From assembly GCA_032718475.1 (NCBI GenBank), contig JAUCBJ010003330.1, forward strand, positions 1-64,000: DNA of 64,000 nt, given 5' to 3'. Origin of the DNA: Nemertoderma westbladi (taxonomy: Eukaryota > Animalia > Xenacoelomorpha). Every line of letters starts with the position of its first letter. Positions within the stretch are counted from its first letter, which is position 1. Under the pieces are notes generated by a model, which did no database searches, was not told the origin of the DNA, and worked only from the letters and a program-made list of their open reading frames with translations. Shown one piece after another: positions 50,103-63,925 of this stretch. Position numbers and translations under genes: made by a program.

Positions 50103-52685
50103 ATCTTAAGCCTGTTACGAGTCATGTAACTAGCAGGACCTATGATATTTCACTTTGCTTGATTGCTTATTGCATTGCATCATTAACTTGCCGTGCGTAT
50201 TAAATCTTATTGTTATAGTTATTATTATTGCTTTACCATGTTGATGAATATACAAGACCAGAGATCACACCAACTTGATTTCCACACGGTTAGTGCGCGA
50301 CTGCGCCCTGTCTGTAATAGATTCGGTTCATTTAGTGCGAGTGTGTGCGTCCATAGTACTGCAATATTATTCCCCAACTAGTTACTATAATCTATTGCAG
50401 CGGATGTGGGGTTAGCCTCCCGTAAAAGCCTTGACACTTCCTATATTAGCCCCCTGTTTACCACATTCCCTTTCATTGTTTAATTTTTATTGTCAGAAAG
50501 TTTTTGTTGTTTTTCTTGTAAAAGCATATATTTATTTATTTCCTAAAACGAGTTACCTATTCACTATGGCACAAATGGAAATCAGCTTTTCAAACAACGA
50601 GATAGTTTGCAGCGAGAATCAGTTTATACACTACTAAAGAACTCGTTTGGTTTTTATTTCGAATTGTGAAACAAACTCTTTCCGTTAATGATAAATACAA
50701 CTTTAAACCAACCCGTTCCAATTCTGGAAAACTACGCTCACTTTATATTAGTATATATATTATATCAACGCTGCATAAAACCATCCCTTTTTTTAAGTCC
50801 TTTGCTCCCCGCAGAAGAGCTGAGCTGTGGCTTGTCAGATGGTCAGTAAATTATGCGCCACTAGCAGACTAGGGAGTTTACGATCGACACCAGCCTTAAA
50901 GGCAATATAACTAGCTAATTGACCATATAGGCGAATAATGATAACGCATGGTTTATCGGAACCGGTAGGTCTGGACTTTTTCGGCCCTTGTCTATGAACG
51001 GTATTTTTCCGGTATCTATGGTATTTTTCCGGTTTTGGGCAAAAGACTAGAAGTTAAAAGAGCTTAGTAGAGTGTTTATTTAGTGAATCCGGTAATTTGT
51101 GCACCATACGCCATGCCATATAAGGTAATAACAGTAAGTCAGAATCAGCACCTTTGAAAACCTATACATAACCGAAAATAGCACAATTATTTGAAGCTTT
51201 AGCAATTTCGATATTTTTTGCAATGCCAAACAAAAGTGCCATGTGCCACATGGTAAAAAGTGGCACTTCTGTACCACTAGAGCGTTCTAAACCATTTGTT
51301 TACGCTTCAGCACCCTGTTAAAACCTAGTGGAACCATAATCTTCGCTATTCTGCCTGTATTTGTGCCAAATATGCAAATTTTGGCAGGTGCCAGTGCCAG
51401 AAATGGCACAAAGGCACCCTTTGAGAATTTGAGACCCATCTCTGAAGATTCACCGCTGCCGAAAACCCGTATAGGTGAAAAATTGTGCACAAACTATGAA
51501 TATTGCAATAATATGAATATGCAGATTAAAAGGTTGAAAATGTTTAAGTGGTGGAAATTGTCCCTCTTATTTGATTGATTGGCGGTTTGGTATAATTTCT
51601 TACATACCGTTTTGGTGATAGAATCGCTCAATAATAAATTTATGTTTCATAATTATGATCAACAAATTAAACCGAATCATCTCTGAATGAATCATCTCTG
51701 AAGCATCCCGATCCCACATCAAAGGAGGTTTCCAGTTAAGTAGGATAAAGCAAAGGATACTTTAGTCTACTAAACTCTAAAAATTGGTTAAAATGTCAGA
51801 AAATAGTGTCCGTCTAACCGAGACTCGTGCTGCGCGAAGGCCCCACGAACGTGTAAGTTACTGTATCTCAAGTTTTATAATTACAAAATTATGTTATTAT
51901 CAGTCAATCCTTACTGATGGCGATAGAGGCAACACAGAAAACAATTATTACTGAATCCGTTACTTCTCAGAAAGTACCTACAGCAACAGAATCCATACCG
52001 GAGAAACAGTTGATGATAAAATCAACACAATATTGTAATTATGTCAACAAACTAATGAACTAATCATATTGTTATACTGTATATCATTATGATAAAGTAC
52101 GGGTTTCTTACTGTATATCTACTGGTCAGGCAGTGAACTGCCATAATAGAAGTCCCTACAATTAACTCGATCCGTTTACTCGATCCACAAGAAGTGGTAG
52201 AACAAACTTGAAAGTATGGTAAACACTAGGCCTACACCTATGCTTACTTTGCAGAAGATAGGCGGGTTAAATGATTGTTGCTTCATAATCAATTATCAGA
52301 TGTATAGGCGTACCAGCTGACCGGTACATGTGTAGGCGTAGATGTAGGCGTATGTGTGGGCGTCATGTTAACAACCCCCGGAATGTTCACATTCTTACAT
52401 TAAAGTTGAAATAAATGGACCGAGATATCAAAAATATATGGTATATGCTGAATGAAATAGTAATGAATAGAATGTGGGAATTTATTTATTCTGCACGTCG
52501 TCGCTATCATTAATAAATAAGATTTAGAACGAGAAATTCACGAACAATATAGCTCATGGGTGTAAAATTGTCGACTCGATTTTTCGTTACCTAAATTTAT
52601 TTACCGGACTAATTGCGGGTGAGTACAAAACAAAGATCCAAGACACAATGCACAGACACTGCATGATCTTCTATCATGTGTTAAC

Positions 52686-52740
52686 TTTCGTTTATTGTTT
52701 TGGTTCCCCCCAACACGCATCTGTAACCTGCTCCTTTAAA
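52686..52740 (-). repeat. Dispersed DNA-transposon terminus (Kolobok-like); other copies at ~356-410, 5895-5950, 13597-13645 and 29724-29773
   Basis: Recurrent AAAGGAGCAGGTTACAG.....AACCAAAACAATAAAC motif, adjacent to TTAA in some copies. Confidence 0.55.
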
Positions 52741-53865
52741 TGGCAATGGGACCTAACGCCCTTTGGGACCTTAAGTGAATTTACCTCTTTGTTTTGTACA
52801 GAACGGGCAGTAAAGTCTTGAGTCTTTGGTCTTTGTTTTCTGCTCACCCGACTAAATACTGTTCATAGGTTCACGGTTTGACAAATTTTACGTTTCGGGG
52901 AAAAAATACGATATTATTTGTTTTTCATGTAAACCGTTTCACAAAATTGCCTCGTCACCACACTTTTGCTCGCAATAAATGAAATCATTGTTCTGGTAGA
53001 GCATCCCTGCTTTACCACTAATGCATTCACGGAAGACGTTATGGCGCCACACGTTGCGGAGTGTCTGATACTCACAGTACTGGTAATTCCAAAATACCAC
53101 CACTACAACAACGTGTACGGACACTCAGTTATACTTAGGGCTATTTATGGGGGGATTTATTCACGATTAATTCATAATGAATTTCGTGATAGAAGAAATA
53201 ATAGTGAGCATAAGCAGTATTTTCTTGCCCTGTCTTCTACAAATTTTGTGAGAGAAGTGGACTTTTCAGATAAAATATATTTATCCAATAGAAACCATTG
53301 TTATGAGCAGAGTAATATTTCTAACATCATTCCACTATACCTCAACCAATCAGACACAATGAGTACTTTTACCTTCATCCAGTGATTGGTTGATTTCATT
53401 CCTTCAGTTCATTCAGTGATTGGTTGGTGATTTTTGTTGATTTTGTTTCTATATTACAGTAGAAGTAGGAATAACCAACATTATTATTGTTATTTATTCA
53501 GGGCGATACAACCCATATTACTATCCGGGTTAAATAAACATATTGCAAATAAATCTTTATAAAATCTTGAACTAAACCAATACTGTAATATACAAAAAGA
53601 GGAGGTACAGTATAATTATTTATAGTAAAGCATTAAATTCTAGGATAGGTTGGAAGGAGTTCTGAAGTATCTTGTGTATTGAAATTAACTGTCCAGGCCA
53701 ACTACGTGGCCTGGTAGGCCACGTAGTTGGTAGGCAGGGTGCAGAGGGCCTGGTAGGCCACGTAATAGCAGAGGGAGAGGCGGGGGTGAATAGACCCGAC
53801 CGTGATAGGGTTGATGTGTCGACTAGAGAGGGATATAGTAGCGGGGTGAGAGATAGCGAAGTTAG

Positions 53866-56800
53866 ATGTGGCGAGTGGGGGGGGGGGGGGCTACAGGGGC
53901 CCCACAACAGCGAGTTAGCGGCGAAAGGGGGGGGGCAGAGAGTGACCCACAGCCGTCAGCGGATAATGCGCGGGCCAAAATAGGTAAACCGCAACAACCG
54001 GTGACGGAAAGTAATAGGGGGATTGCGAGTATCCCCAGCGGCGTGCGACCGAGCAGAAAGAGACAGGTTGACGTCGTAAGAGGGCGGACGAAGCGTCGAG
54101 CCCGATCAGAAGAGGGAAGAAGAACAGTGGGGTTTAACCGGGAGGTCGACGAGAGATCTCACGAGCGGGAATACTCCACTGAAAGGAGAAGAAGAGAAGA
54201 CAGTAGTAGAGATATCGCCGCGAACGATAGAAGAGCGAGGACGGATAGCGAGCCGTCGGTAGTTGAGATGAGGACGGAGAGTCAGTGGGGTCGGACTCCG
54301 GGAGATTGCCGTCGCCCCGGAGAGATGCGACCCGGCGAGGCGCACTACGCGCCGATGGAGGGGTACGCGATGTACCGGTACGAAGACGAGAACAGTAGAG
54401 GGGGGGGTCGAAGAGAAACTTTCAGACGGAATACACCTATCGATCGAGAATACGGTAGCCGCGGGGAGGATTATTCGAGAAGAATAAACTTCGATCCCGA
54501 ACAACACATGCAGACTGTAGGACATACTGTAGGCCTTACTGCACATACCATAGGCCATACTGAGAGAGGCAATGTAGGCGATAGGATAGCGTGGACAACG
54601 GGATTAAACCCGGAAGTCGCGGAGTACATACCGGCGGGTAGGCCAGAAGCTGATAAGCCTATACCGGTACCAGTACAGCAGTATGACTACAGCATGCAGG
54701 GACATAACATATACCCAGGGGAGGGGGGAATTATTGCGGATAGGTGCATGGGCCCCAACATATTAACATCAACCCCAGTACCAAACATACCGGTGGGGGG
54801 GGGGGACAGGGTGACATTCCCCCATCACAATATCAACAATATATCCCGATAGGAGCAAGAACAACGAGACCCTTGGATGAGAATAGGTCGTGTGACACAG
54901 AAATATGGAGGGGGCCGCTACCCCCGATGACATACCCAAGTCAGAGAAGATCGAGAAATAGGACGGACGAACCGCACCAGACAGGAGAAACTATACAGCA
55001 CCCGTCGAATCCATTGGAAGCGCAGGCGATGGGGATGGACACGTTGATCGATGCGTTGAAAACGAGGATCGAGCTACCACCCGTGGAACCATTCAAATTC
55101 GATGGGAGCAGGCCGGAAGAATATCTACAGTTTCGGCGCATGTATAGTAACGAAATACTAACAAAAAACTTGACGCAGGCAGAGTGCCTATAGTATCTGC
55201 AAGTGTACACGGGAGGCCCAGCATACGATATCGTGAGGCAATATCAAGGAATAGAGGGCGGCTTCACGACAGCATGGCGGGCACTGGATAGGGAATACGG
55301 GCACCCGGCCAAGATCATCAGGCAGACGCTGAGAGGCATAACATCGGGTGGCCTACAGGATAATCCCGTTAGCATTAAGACGTTCGCTAACAAAGTCGAA
55401 AAGGCGCTAATCGTGCTGAAGACGCTAGACGCGCCGTACGAGCTCAATGCGTCCAACAACATCACCACGATAGCGCAGGCACTACCAAACTGGCTGCGCA
55501 ACAAGTGGAGGAAAATCGCCTTCTCCACTCGAGATAAGAAGGGTGCGGAACCGGGTTTAGAAGAAATGTCAAACTTCTTAAACTACGAGGCTGAACTAAT
55601 AACTGACCCAGTCTATAGCGAAGACAGCCTGGGAAAGGGACCGAAGACAGACTACCATAGACCGAAACCAGAGCACAACACATCAAATGCATTACCGAGA
55701 CTCAGGCAATCATTGCCATATGCAGCGACGCAGGGGACTGCAAGTCCACAGCTAGCCGAGGATAAGACAACACCATGGAACGGACAGGGAAACAATAACA
55801 ACACGAATAAACATAACCCCAGTACGTCCAGTAGGCTAAATCCAAACAATAAGAATAGTAGGGACTTTGGTACAAACGCAACTGCGATACGCAATGCACT
55901 GTATAAAGATGGCTACGACCCAAAGAGCAAATGCCAGCTACACGCAAATGCGCTTCATCAAACCATGAACTGCAGGTACTGGCAGGCGCTACCTAGGCAA
56001 GATCAGATAGATTATGCGTTCAGCAATAAAATCTGCTCGCGATGTGTAATAAGTGGACATAGAGCAAGGGAGTGCAAGGAGAAGCCAATAAAATTTGGTC
56101 AGAGGAGAGGCCAAACGATGGTGACGAGCACAGTAGGGGCGAAGAGAGAGGAACGGTGTTACTTGGAGTAGTACCAGTGCGAGTGATCGGGGAAGGCAAT
56201 CGATCAGTAACAACACTAATGCTGGTTGATAGTGGAGCTGCCTTCACATTAGTCGAGGAATGGGTGGCCGAGGAGATAGGATTGAGAACAAGGCCAAGCA
56301 GAATGGTGGTAACAACCATCTCTAGCAAAGATGAGATCCTGGAGATGAGAACAGGACGGTGCGCAATTGCAGCAGTGGCACCAGGATGCGACTATGGGGC
56401 AACCATCGACCCCATCCAAGTGATAGAGTCAATTAATATTAATGCCAGGCGACCAACCAACATCGAGGTCGAGCAGTATAAATTCTTGGACGACATTGAC
56501 TTCTCAATCCCAGACGTGGACGTTAGGAAGGTGTCCATCATAGTAGGCATGGACTGCCCAACGGCCCACGAAAGAATGCAAACGGTCTTCGGCGAAGACA
56601 AGCAGAGTGACCCGGTGGCCATATTAACACCATTCAGGTGGACGCTGAGTGGTCCAATTAAGAGCAAGATACCATTTAGGATGTCGGAGACATCAGGATG
56701 CATGTTCGCGGGAACAATGCAGGAAATGGGTGACGAGGGAGCAGAGGAGCAGCTTAAAAGACTGCTCAGACAGGATTTCGAGGGATTGAAAGAAAACGGG

Positions 56801-59800
56801 GTCGGGACCTCAGTAGAAGACAAGCAGGCTTTACAAAGCGTGGAGGAATCGATGACATGCAATGAGGGGCGGTATACTATAGGAATGGTATGGAAACTAC
56901 CGAAGATACCGCTGCCCGACAATAGGGGGATGGTACTCACGAGACTCCGCAAGCTGAAACAAACACTAAAACGGAGCCCCGAGAAGAATGAGTACATCCA
57001 CAGAACAATTAAGAAGTACGTCGAGAAAGGATGGGCCGTGGAGTTACCGGTCGATGAGCCGAACACGGACAGGACATATTACCTGCCACTACACGTGGCT
57101 TTAGATCCAAAGAAAGGTAAACTACGGATGGTAGTCGACGCATCGGCAAAGACCGACGGAAAGTGCTTAAAAGACTACCTGTTAGAAGGCCCAAACATAT
57201 ACAATTCGGGCATAGAGGTGTTACTTAGATTTAGAAATGGGAAACACGCCTTCACGTGTGACATAGAAGGCATGTTCAACCAAGTCCGTGTAACGGAAGA
57301 AGATAGCGACAGTCAACGCTTCTTATGGTATAACGGCGAGGAATAACCGTCGATAATACCGGCATATAAGATGGTAGTACAGAACATGGGGGCCAAGTCG
57401 TCTTCATTTACGACGACTATGGCAGTGAGAGACACAGTAAAGGGGAAGGAAGATAGATACAGCAGTAGGGCCGTCGATATTATTCGACGCGGCTTCTACG
57501 TAGACGACGGAATGGAGTCTGGAAATACGGTTAAGGAGATACTGGATACAGGGCGCGAGGTTCGCGACATCCTAAAAGGATCCGGCTTTAACCTGACCAA
57601 ATTCCAATCCAGTTCGGAAGAATTTATCAAGGCGATAGAGGACAAGAGGCCAGAATCGACCATGGATAATCCCACAACAGCCAAAGGGCAGGACATGGCG
57701 ATTAAGAGAACAGAATCTCAACAGAAGGCATTGGGAATCGTGTGGGATAGAGAGACAGACGAACTGAAGTATCAGCTGAGCCAGGAGGGCGCAGACATCC
57801 ACACGAAGAGGGGCTATGTATCGTATATAGCAAGGATATACGATCCCCTAGGCCTAGCATCCCCATTATTAGTCACGGGGAAACAGATACTCAAGAGAGT
57901 ATACAAACTGAAGGATGAGTGGGACGTAGAGGTACCAGAGGAAATCAAGAAACAGTGGAGCAAGTGGACAGGAGACTTGGAGAAGATGGGAACATACAAC
58001 ATGCCACGGGTGTATTTCCCGGATGGGAACATGACGAATCTGGACCTACACATGTTCTCCGACGCGTCGTTGGAAGCGTACGGAGCGGCACTCTACTTAG
58101 TACAACGAGAGGGGGCTCATAAGCCAAGATTAGCCTTTAGCAAAGCAAAGTCAACGCCACCAGATACAGCATCAGTTCCTAAGTTAGAATTGACAGCCGC
58201 GAGACTAGGAGTAAGAGCCACAGCCTACCTAGTGGATACTATTCCCAACATAGTGGAGACACACTACTGGACGGACTCCATGGTAGTGCTTGGTTGGCTA
58301 CACAACGAAAGGACGAGATACCCGATATTCGTCGCGAATAGAGTGGACGAAATAAGGGCGAGTACAGAACTGGAAAGGTGGCACTACTGCCCAACAGACG
58401 ATAACCCAGCGGACTTGTTGTCGAGGGGCGTGGTACGCCACACTTTCTTGAAGAAGGAAGTATTGTGGCAACATGGGCCACAATTTCTGAGTGATAAGGA
58501 AGCCTGGCCGCCGATGAGAAAGGTGGACCCGGGCTCGGAAGTAGTATCAGAAGGAGAAGAGGGAGATTCAGAGGGAGAAGAGATATACTCCCAGATGGTG
58601 AGGGAGATTAGGGACGTGCAACCAGGACGGGAACTGTGCAATAACCCGACGGATAAACTCCTCAGCTACAGTTCTAGTTGGTATAAGACCAAGAAACTAG
58701 TGGCGTACTGGAGAGCCTTCGGGAATTTCCTTGCGGGAGTTGGCAAGGACAAGAAGATCAGGACAACCATAGATCTGGAAGGAGCGGCCAAGGCAGTGAT
58801 CCGCTATGAACAACGGAAGAACTATGGCGACGAGGTGGAACGCGTCGGTAACCAACAGCACCTCCGACGGGACAGCGAGCTGATTACGCTGTCGCCACAA
58901 CTCAATGACGACGGGATTCTAGTAATGAATTCTAGGGTGGGATACAACAACAGCATAGTCGTACCACCGAAACCCATCATCATTCCCACAGGATCGCCAA
59001 TAGTCCACCAGATTATCTGGGACTCCCACAAATCGATATTGCATGGGGGCACCAACCGAACCCTCACAGAAATAAGGAGGACCTATTGGGTCAAACAATT
59101 GAGGAAGAAGGTAAAAGCGGTAGTGGGGCAGTGTCAGACCTGCCGACGAGCGAAGAAGGAGCGAGCCATACAAGAGATGGCGCCACTACCAGCAAGTAGA
59201 GTAAGACAGCACGACCCGCCATTTACGCATTGCGGTGTGGACATGTTCGGGCCGATAAAGATCAAAGTGATGCGACACACGGAGAAACACTACGGCATTA
59301 TCTTCGTATGCAACAATACGCGGGCGGTAGGGATAGAACTCGCCCAAGATGCAACCGCATCAGCGTTCATTAACGCCTTAGAAAGGTTTAGGGACCGCAA
59401 AGGTGGGACGATCGCAGTGATATACAGCGACAACGGCACCAAATTTGTGGGCGCAGAGAGTGAGATGGCAGAGGCCTTGGACATCTTGGAGGGAGAAGAA
59501 GTCAGGGCAGCCATGAGGCGACGACAAGTAAAGTGGGAGAGAAGGACGCCGTATGCACCACATACACTAGGGTGCGTCGAGAGACTGGTGGGCAGTTCAA
59601 AGCGTCTAATGACGAAGCTAATGAACACCCACATGGTCACTGAGGACGTCTTACGGACAGTACTTGCGAAGTGCGGGGGGATCATTAATAGCAGACCGCT
59701 ATATCCGGAGAATGATGACCCTGAGTCATTAGACGTGCTGACGCCTAGCCATTTCCTGATGGAAAGGCCAGCGACCATCGATATGCGGGGTGTAGACCCA

Positions 59801-60136
59801 GATGACATACACTCCCGCCAAAGTTGGAAAGTCGCTAAAGCAATAAGCGCAGAGTATTGGAGGAGGTGGGTCGAGGAATACCTACCCACACTCCATAAAC
59901 GAAGCAAGTGGAGGAAGTCAAACAGGGAGTTAAGAGAGGGAGATCTCGTAATCGTTACGGATGATACTATCATCAACAACCAATGGCAGTTGGCGAGAGT
60001 TGTAGGCACCTACTCCGACGAGGACGGAAGAGTCCGATCGGTAGAAGTGCGGATAGGTGGAAAGATATGTGCGAAGGACAGAAAAACCTACAGGAGAGCT
60101 GTAGGCAAATGCTGTCTGTTAGAAGGGGCACCTTAG
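53866..60136 (+). pseudogene. Gag-Pol polyprotein of BEL/Pao element 2 (few stops and frameshifts)
   Basis: FKFDGS.PEEY, CSRCVISGHRAREC, LVDSGA, YYLPLH, CDIEGMFNQV, FYVDD, KALGIVWD, YDPLG, FSDAS, PKLEL, WTDS, CGVDMFGP, SDNGTKF and WRRWVEEYL. Confidence 0.93.
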
Positions 60137-60254
60137 TAGAGTTAAAGAAAAGTTTAGTCGTCCAAGTTTTGGACTGAGGGGGGTGGGATTGAGGGCGAGA
60201 AGCCCTTCCCACAAACAAAATAAAAAAAAAATAAAATAAAATAATAGTACATGG

Positions 60255-60895
60255 TAGGTACGCAGTTAGTACGAGAGAGTTAGTTAGAAGGTACATAGTA
60301 CCTAGTTAGTTAGTTAGTTAGAAGGTACGTAGTACCTAGTTAGTTAGAGAGTTAGAGGGTACGTAGTACCGCTAGTTAGTTAGAGTTAGAGGGTACGTAA
60401 GTACCTAGTTAGTTAGAGAGTTAGAGGGTACATAGTACTGCTAGTTAGTTAGAGTTAGAGGGTACGTAAGTACCGCTAGTTAGTTAGAGAGTTAGAAGGT
60501 ACGTAGTACCGATAGTTAGTTAGAGAGTTAGAGGGTACGTAGTACCGATAGTTAGTTAGAGAGTTAGAAGGTACGTAGTACCGATAGTTAGTTAGAGAGT
60601 TAGAGGGTACGTAGTACCGATAGTTAGTTAGAGAGTTAGAAGGTACGTAGTACCGATAGTTAGTTAGAGAGTTAGAGGGTATGTAAGTACCGATAATTAG
60701 TTAGAGAGTTAGAGGGTACGTAGTACCCTCTAACTAGTTAGAGAGTTAGAGGGTACGTAAGTACCGCTAGTTAGTTAGAGAGTTAGAGGGTATGTAAGTA
60801 CCGCTAGTTAGTTAGAGAGTTAGAGGGTACGTAAGTACCGTTAGTTAGTTAGAATTAGAGTTAGAGGGTACATAGTACCGTTAGTTAGAAGAGAG
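60255..60895 (+). repeat. ~36-bp minisatellite (GATAGTTAGTTAGAGAGTTAGAGGGTACGTAGTACC)n inside element 2
   Basis: Tandem units made of GTTAG sub-repeats, lying between pol and the accessory ORF. Confidence 0.9.
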
Positions 60896-61376
60896 AGAGT
60901 AAGAGGTAAAAAGGGGATATAGATATATATATTAGTTAGCAGTTAGTAGAGAGAGGGGGGCATATGAGTACAGCTGGGTAAATCGTGTGGCCACACGACG
61001 CATACTGCTGTACTGCATAGGCCCACAGAGTAGGCCAGAATGTGGATTAGAGAATAGAATAATCCATAGGCAATAGTAAGTAGTAGGACAGTAGAATCAA
61101 AATTAAATAGATGAATAAATAGAATAGGGCTGAAAGTTACAAATAATGGCAACACAAGGAAAGTTATTCTAGAAAATAATAAAAGTAACGGACAGAAATT
61201 GTAAATTATGCCCATTTACTAGCTTCAAAATTAATTAGTAGTAATTTAGGTTAAAAGGCGCAGTTAAGTAAGAAATAGGCCATTATCGAACCGTACAGAA
61301 CATCCTAGATACATCACTCATCTGTATTGCGCCTTGGTAAGGCACCACCCTGCAGGTGAGCGAGTGAGTGTTCGGA

Positions 61377-63925
61377 ATGGCGAGCAAGTTGATCAGGAAG
61401 AGAAAGGCGGAGTCAGGAGGAAAGGAGATACTGGTGGATTTCACCGAGAGGCATCCGGAAGAGAAGACGTGAGCATACTACGAGAGGTTGGAAAGGGGTC
61501 ACGCGGCACGAGCGCTGCAGGATCACTTCAGGGAGATGCACGAACAGCGGCTGGTCGGGACCTACGGGACGCCGTCGCTGGACAACGCGATCTTCCAACA
61601 CTTCCACTACGTGGTGAAAGGGGACGAGGCGAAGTTCAGGATTCCGAAGTACCCGAGGGAATCACCGAGGAAGGACTGGAAGAGATTCATAGAGTCCGTC
61701 AACAGAGGAGGATATATGATCCTAGACGACGAGGGAACCGTGGAAGACGAGGCGGGTTCGAGACGAGGATCGGCGGGGTCGGCCAGGACCATACTCCTAC
61801 ATTTGGCCGCGCCAAATGGGGACATCTTCTTATTCGATCTAGGAATGTATGGGAAGAAGGACGGGCCGAAATTAAACCGGTTACCGAAAGCGGTACAAGT
61901 CTTAGTAAGAGAGAAGTCGACGACGAAAGTGGGATCGGCGATTCGCGAGGACGCGGAGAGGATCATCGGTCCGGACGCCACCAACCTCCTGGATATGCAG
62001 AAAGTCTTTATGGCTATGACGGCACCGGATGGGTTGGGGGTAGTCGAAAACACAGGCCAATGCGGGGCGGTGGCAATGGGCCAATTATTGGGGCTCGTAT
62101 GCCACAAACCGATGGACTGGGGGAAGTTTAGGGAAGAATACGGAGCAGAACTAGCGAACTCGCTAAAGTGGGGAGCGAGACCGGGAAAGCAGGAGGTATA
62201 TCAATTCCGCAGGGGAGCGATAAAGGTATATATCAGAAGCGATATATCCTGCAGGAGGACTGGATGATGATAAGTTTGCTTAACTTATTCATGACCGTGG
62301 TTATCGAGAGGGAACCAGGGGCATTTCTGTTATCGGGATCACCCCTAAGCTACAGGAGAGCCTTTAAGACGGCCTTTGACGGTCTGGTAGACCACCCGGG
62401 GCTGAAGGGCGAGTCGGTGTACTACAACAGCCGGCATCTGGTAGACAGGGAGACAGATACACCGTATCAGAGATGGGAGCAGCTAGAGACGGATAGATGA
62501 GAAGCAAAGCGACTGGAAGAAGTCGCTAGACGGGAGAGGATAGAAGCAGAGGAGAGGGAAGAGGAGGCCAGGACACAGAGTTACGGCTTCGAGGAACAGG
62601 CAGGCCTAGACGAACTTCATTGGACTTCATCAGGGAGTTTGGGGGAGTCTCTACGGCGAGAACTGGGATGGACGGTGGGATCGCCGAAACAGTCGACGTC
62701 GGGGTTGTAATCGATGCCCATACCAGCGGGCGCCGAGGGCGACCAACCGCCAAGGAAGTTAAGGGAGCTAGAGGGATGGAGAGCTACGGGCGAGAGCCAA
62801 GGCGGGAAGGGACACAGTGGATCCATCGGGATACCGGGGTTGGAGACACTGCCAGAAGAGGAGGACGACGACGACGAGTTCGGAGAGATGCCGCCCATCG
62901 AGAGGATAGGCCACTCGGACACGGACTGGGTTGGCGGAAGGGTGGTGACGGCCAGTGGGGCGAGGGCCTTCTGGAACAGATCCGGCAAGCGGACCTGGGT
63001 GCACGAGGAGCCGGCGATGGATTTCGCGGGGAGCACTATCAGGTTGGGCGAGCAACCGGGGACGGCACCACGGATAGTATTCGGGGAGACGATGCCCGAG
63101 AGGGGCGGAGAGATCGACGTAGATAGAGAGCCCAACGTAGAGAAGTTCGCCTACCAGCGACTCCACAGACCGTGGAGATCGCTTGGGACGAAAGACGAGG
63201 TGGGACGGGAGACATTGGTACTCGGCTGCGACTACTGTGGGAGACAGACCCATCGGGAAAGGAGCTGCCTATACCGGTTCCAGAAGGGAACCTTCTGTCT
63301 CTACTGCCGAGAACCAAGCCACAGGATGGGGGCGTGTCCACGGTTGCATAACCGATGTCCAAAGTGCCACTTTTGGGGACACTACGGATGCGAGTGCGAC
63401 TGGATGAACGACGAGGAGAAGTTTACAAGATTCGAGGAGTGGGCCGACGTCGGGGCCATGACGCGCCAGCGCATGAAGGCCCAGGAGTTCAAGTGGGGTT
63501 TCTTCCTTATCAATCAGGAGACTCACATGGAGATCATAAAGCGGAGGCTACCGTTTACCTACCAAGAGGTAGCAACGGCGGCGTCGTACGCCGGAGTGAT
63601 GAACACGCAAAGATATTTGGACAGGTGGACGCCAGAGAACCGAAGGGAGTTTAGGGATTTCTTGGCGGAGCACGTACCACAAGCAATGAAAATGATCCTA
63701 TGGGACGCCACCAGAGGGAGACAACCGGGCCACTCTGAGGGGCCACTGGCGAAGCGATATCGGGCACTAATAACACCAGCGCCCAAGGAGCCAACGACCG
63801 GGATCAGCATGGAGGTGGCGGCGAAGGTCCGAAAGCAGAAAGCGGATCCCAGAGGAACGGTGGTAACCAAGAAACGACCCAGGGAAGAGGACGCCAGGGG
63901 GGACTATCCCCAGAGGAACAGATAG
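61377..63925 (+). pseudogene. Accessory ORF of element 2: DEDDy 3'-5' exonuclease-like domain plus triple CCHC zinc knuckles (~850 codons when repaired)
   Basis: ATG at 61377; in-frame stops at 61470, 62498 and 62708 and one frameshift near 62230-62260. Motifs MILDDEG, LLHLAAPNGDIFLFDL, LPKAVQVLV..KSTTKVGSAIREDAERI, NLLDMQ and Y-x3-D/E; then CDYC..H..C, CLYC..H..CP and CPKC..GH..C. Confidence 0.7.

Noticed and set aside
52939-53385. 139-aa and 61-aa ORFs upstream of element 2
   Set aside because: No recognisable domain or consistent splice structure.
56392-60009. Minus-strand ORFs over pol (224 aa, 239 aa and others)
   Set aside because: Antisense shadows of the purine-rich pol frame with no motifs.
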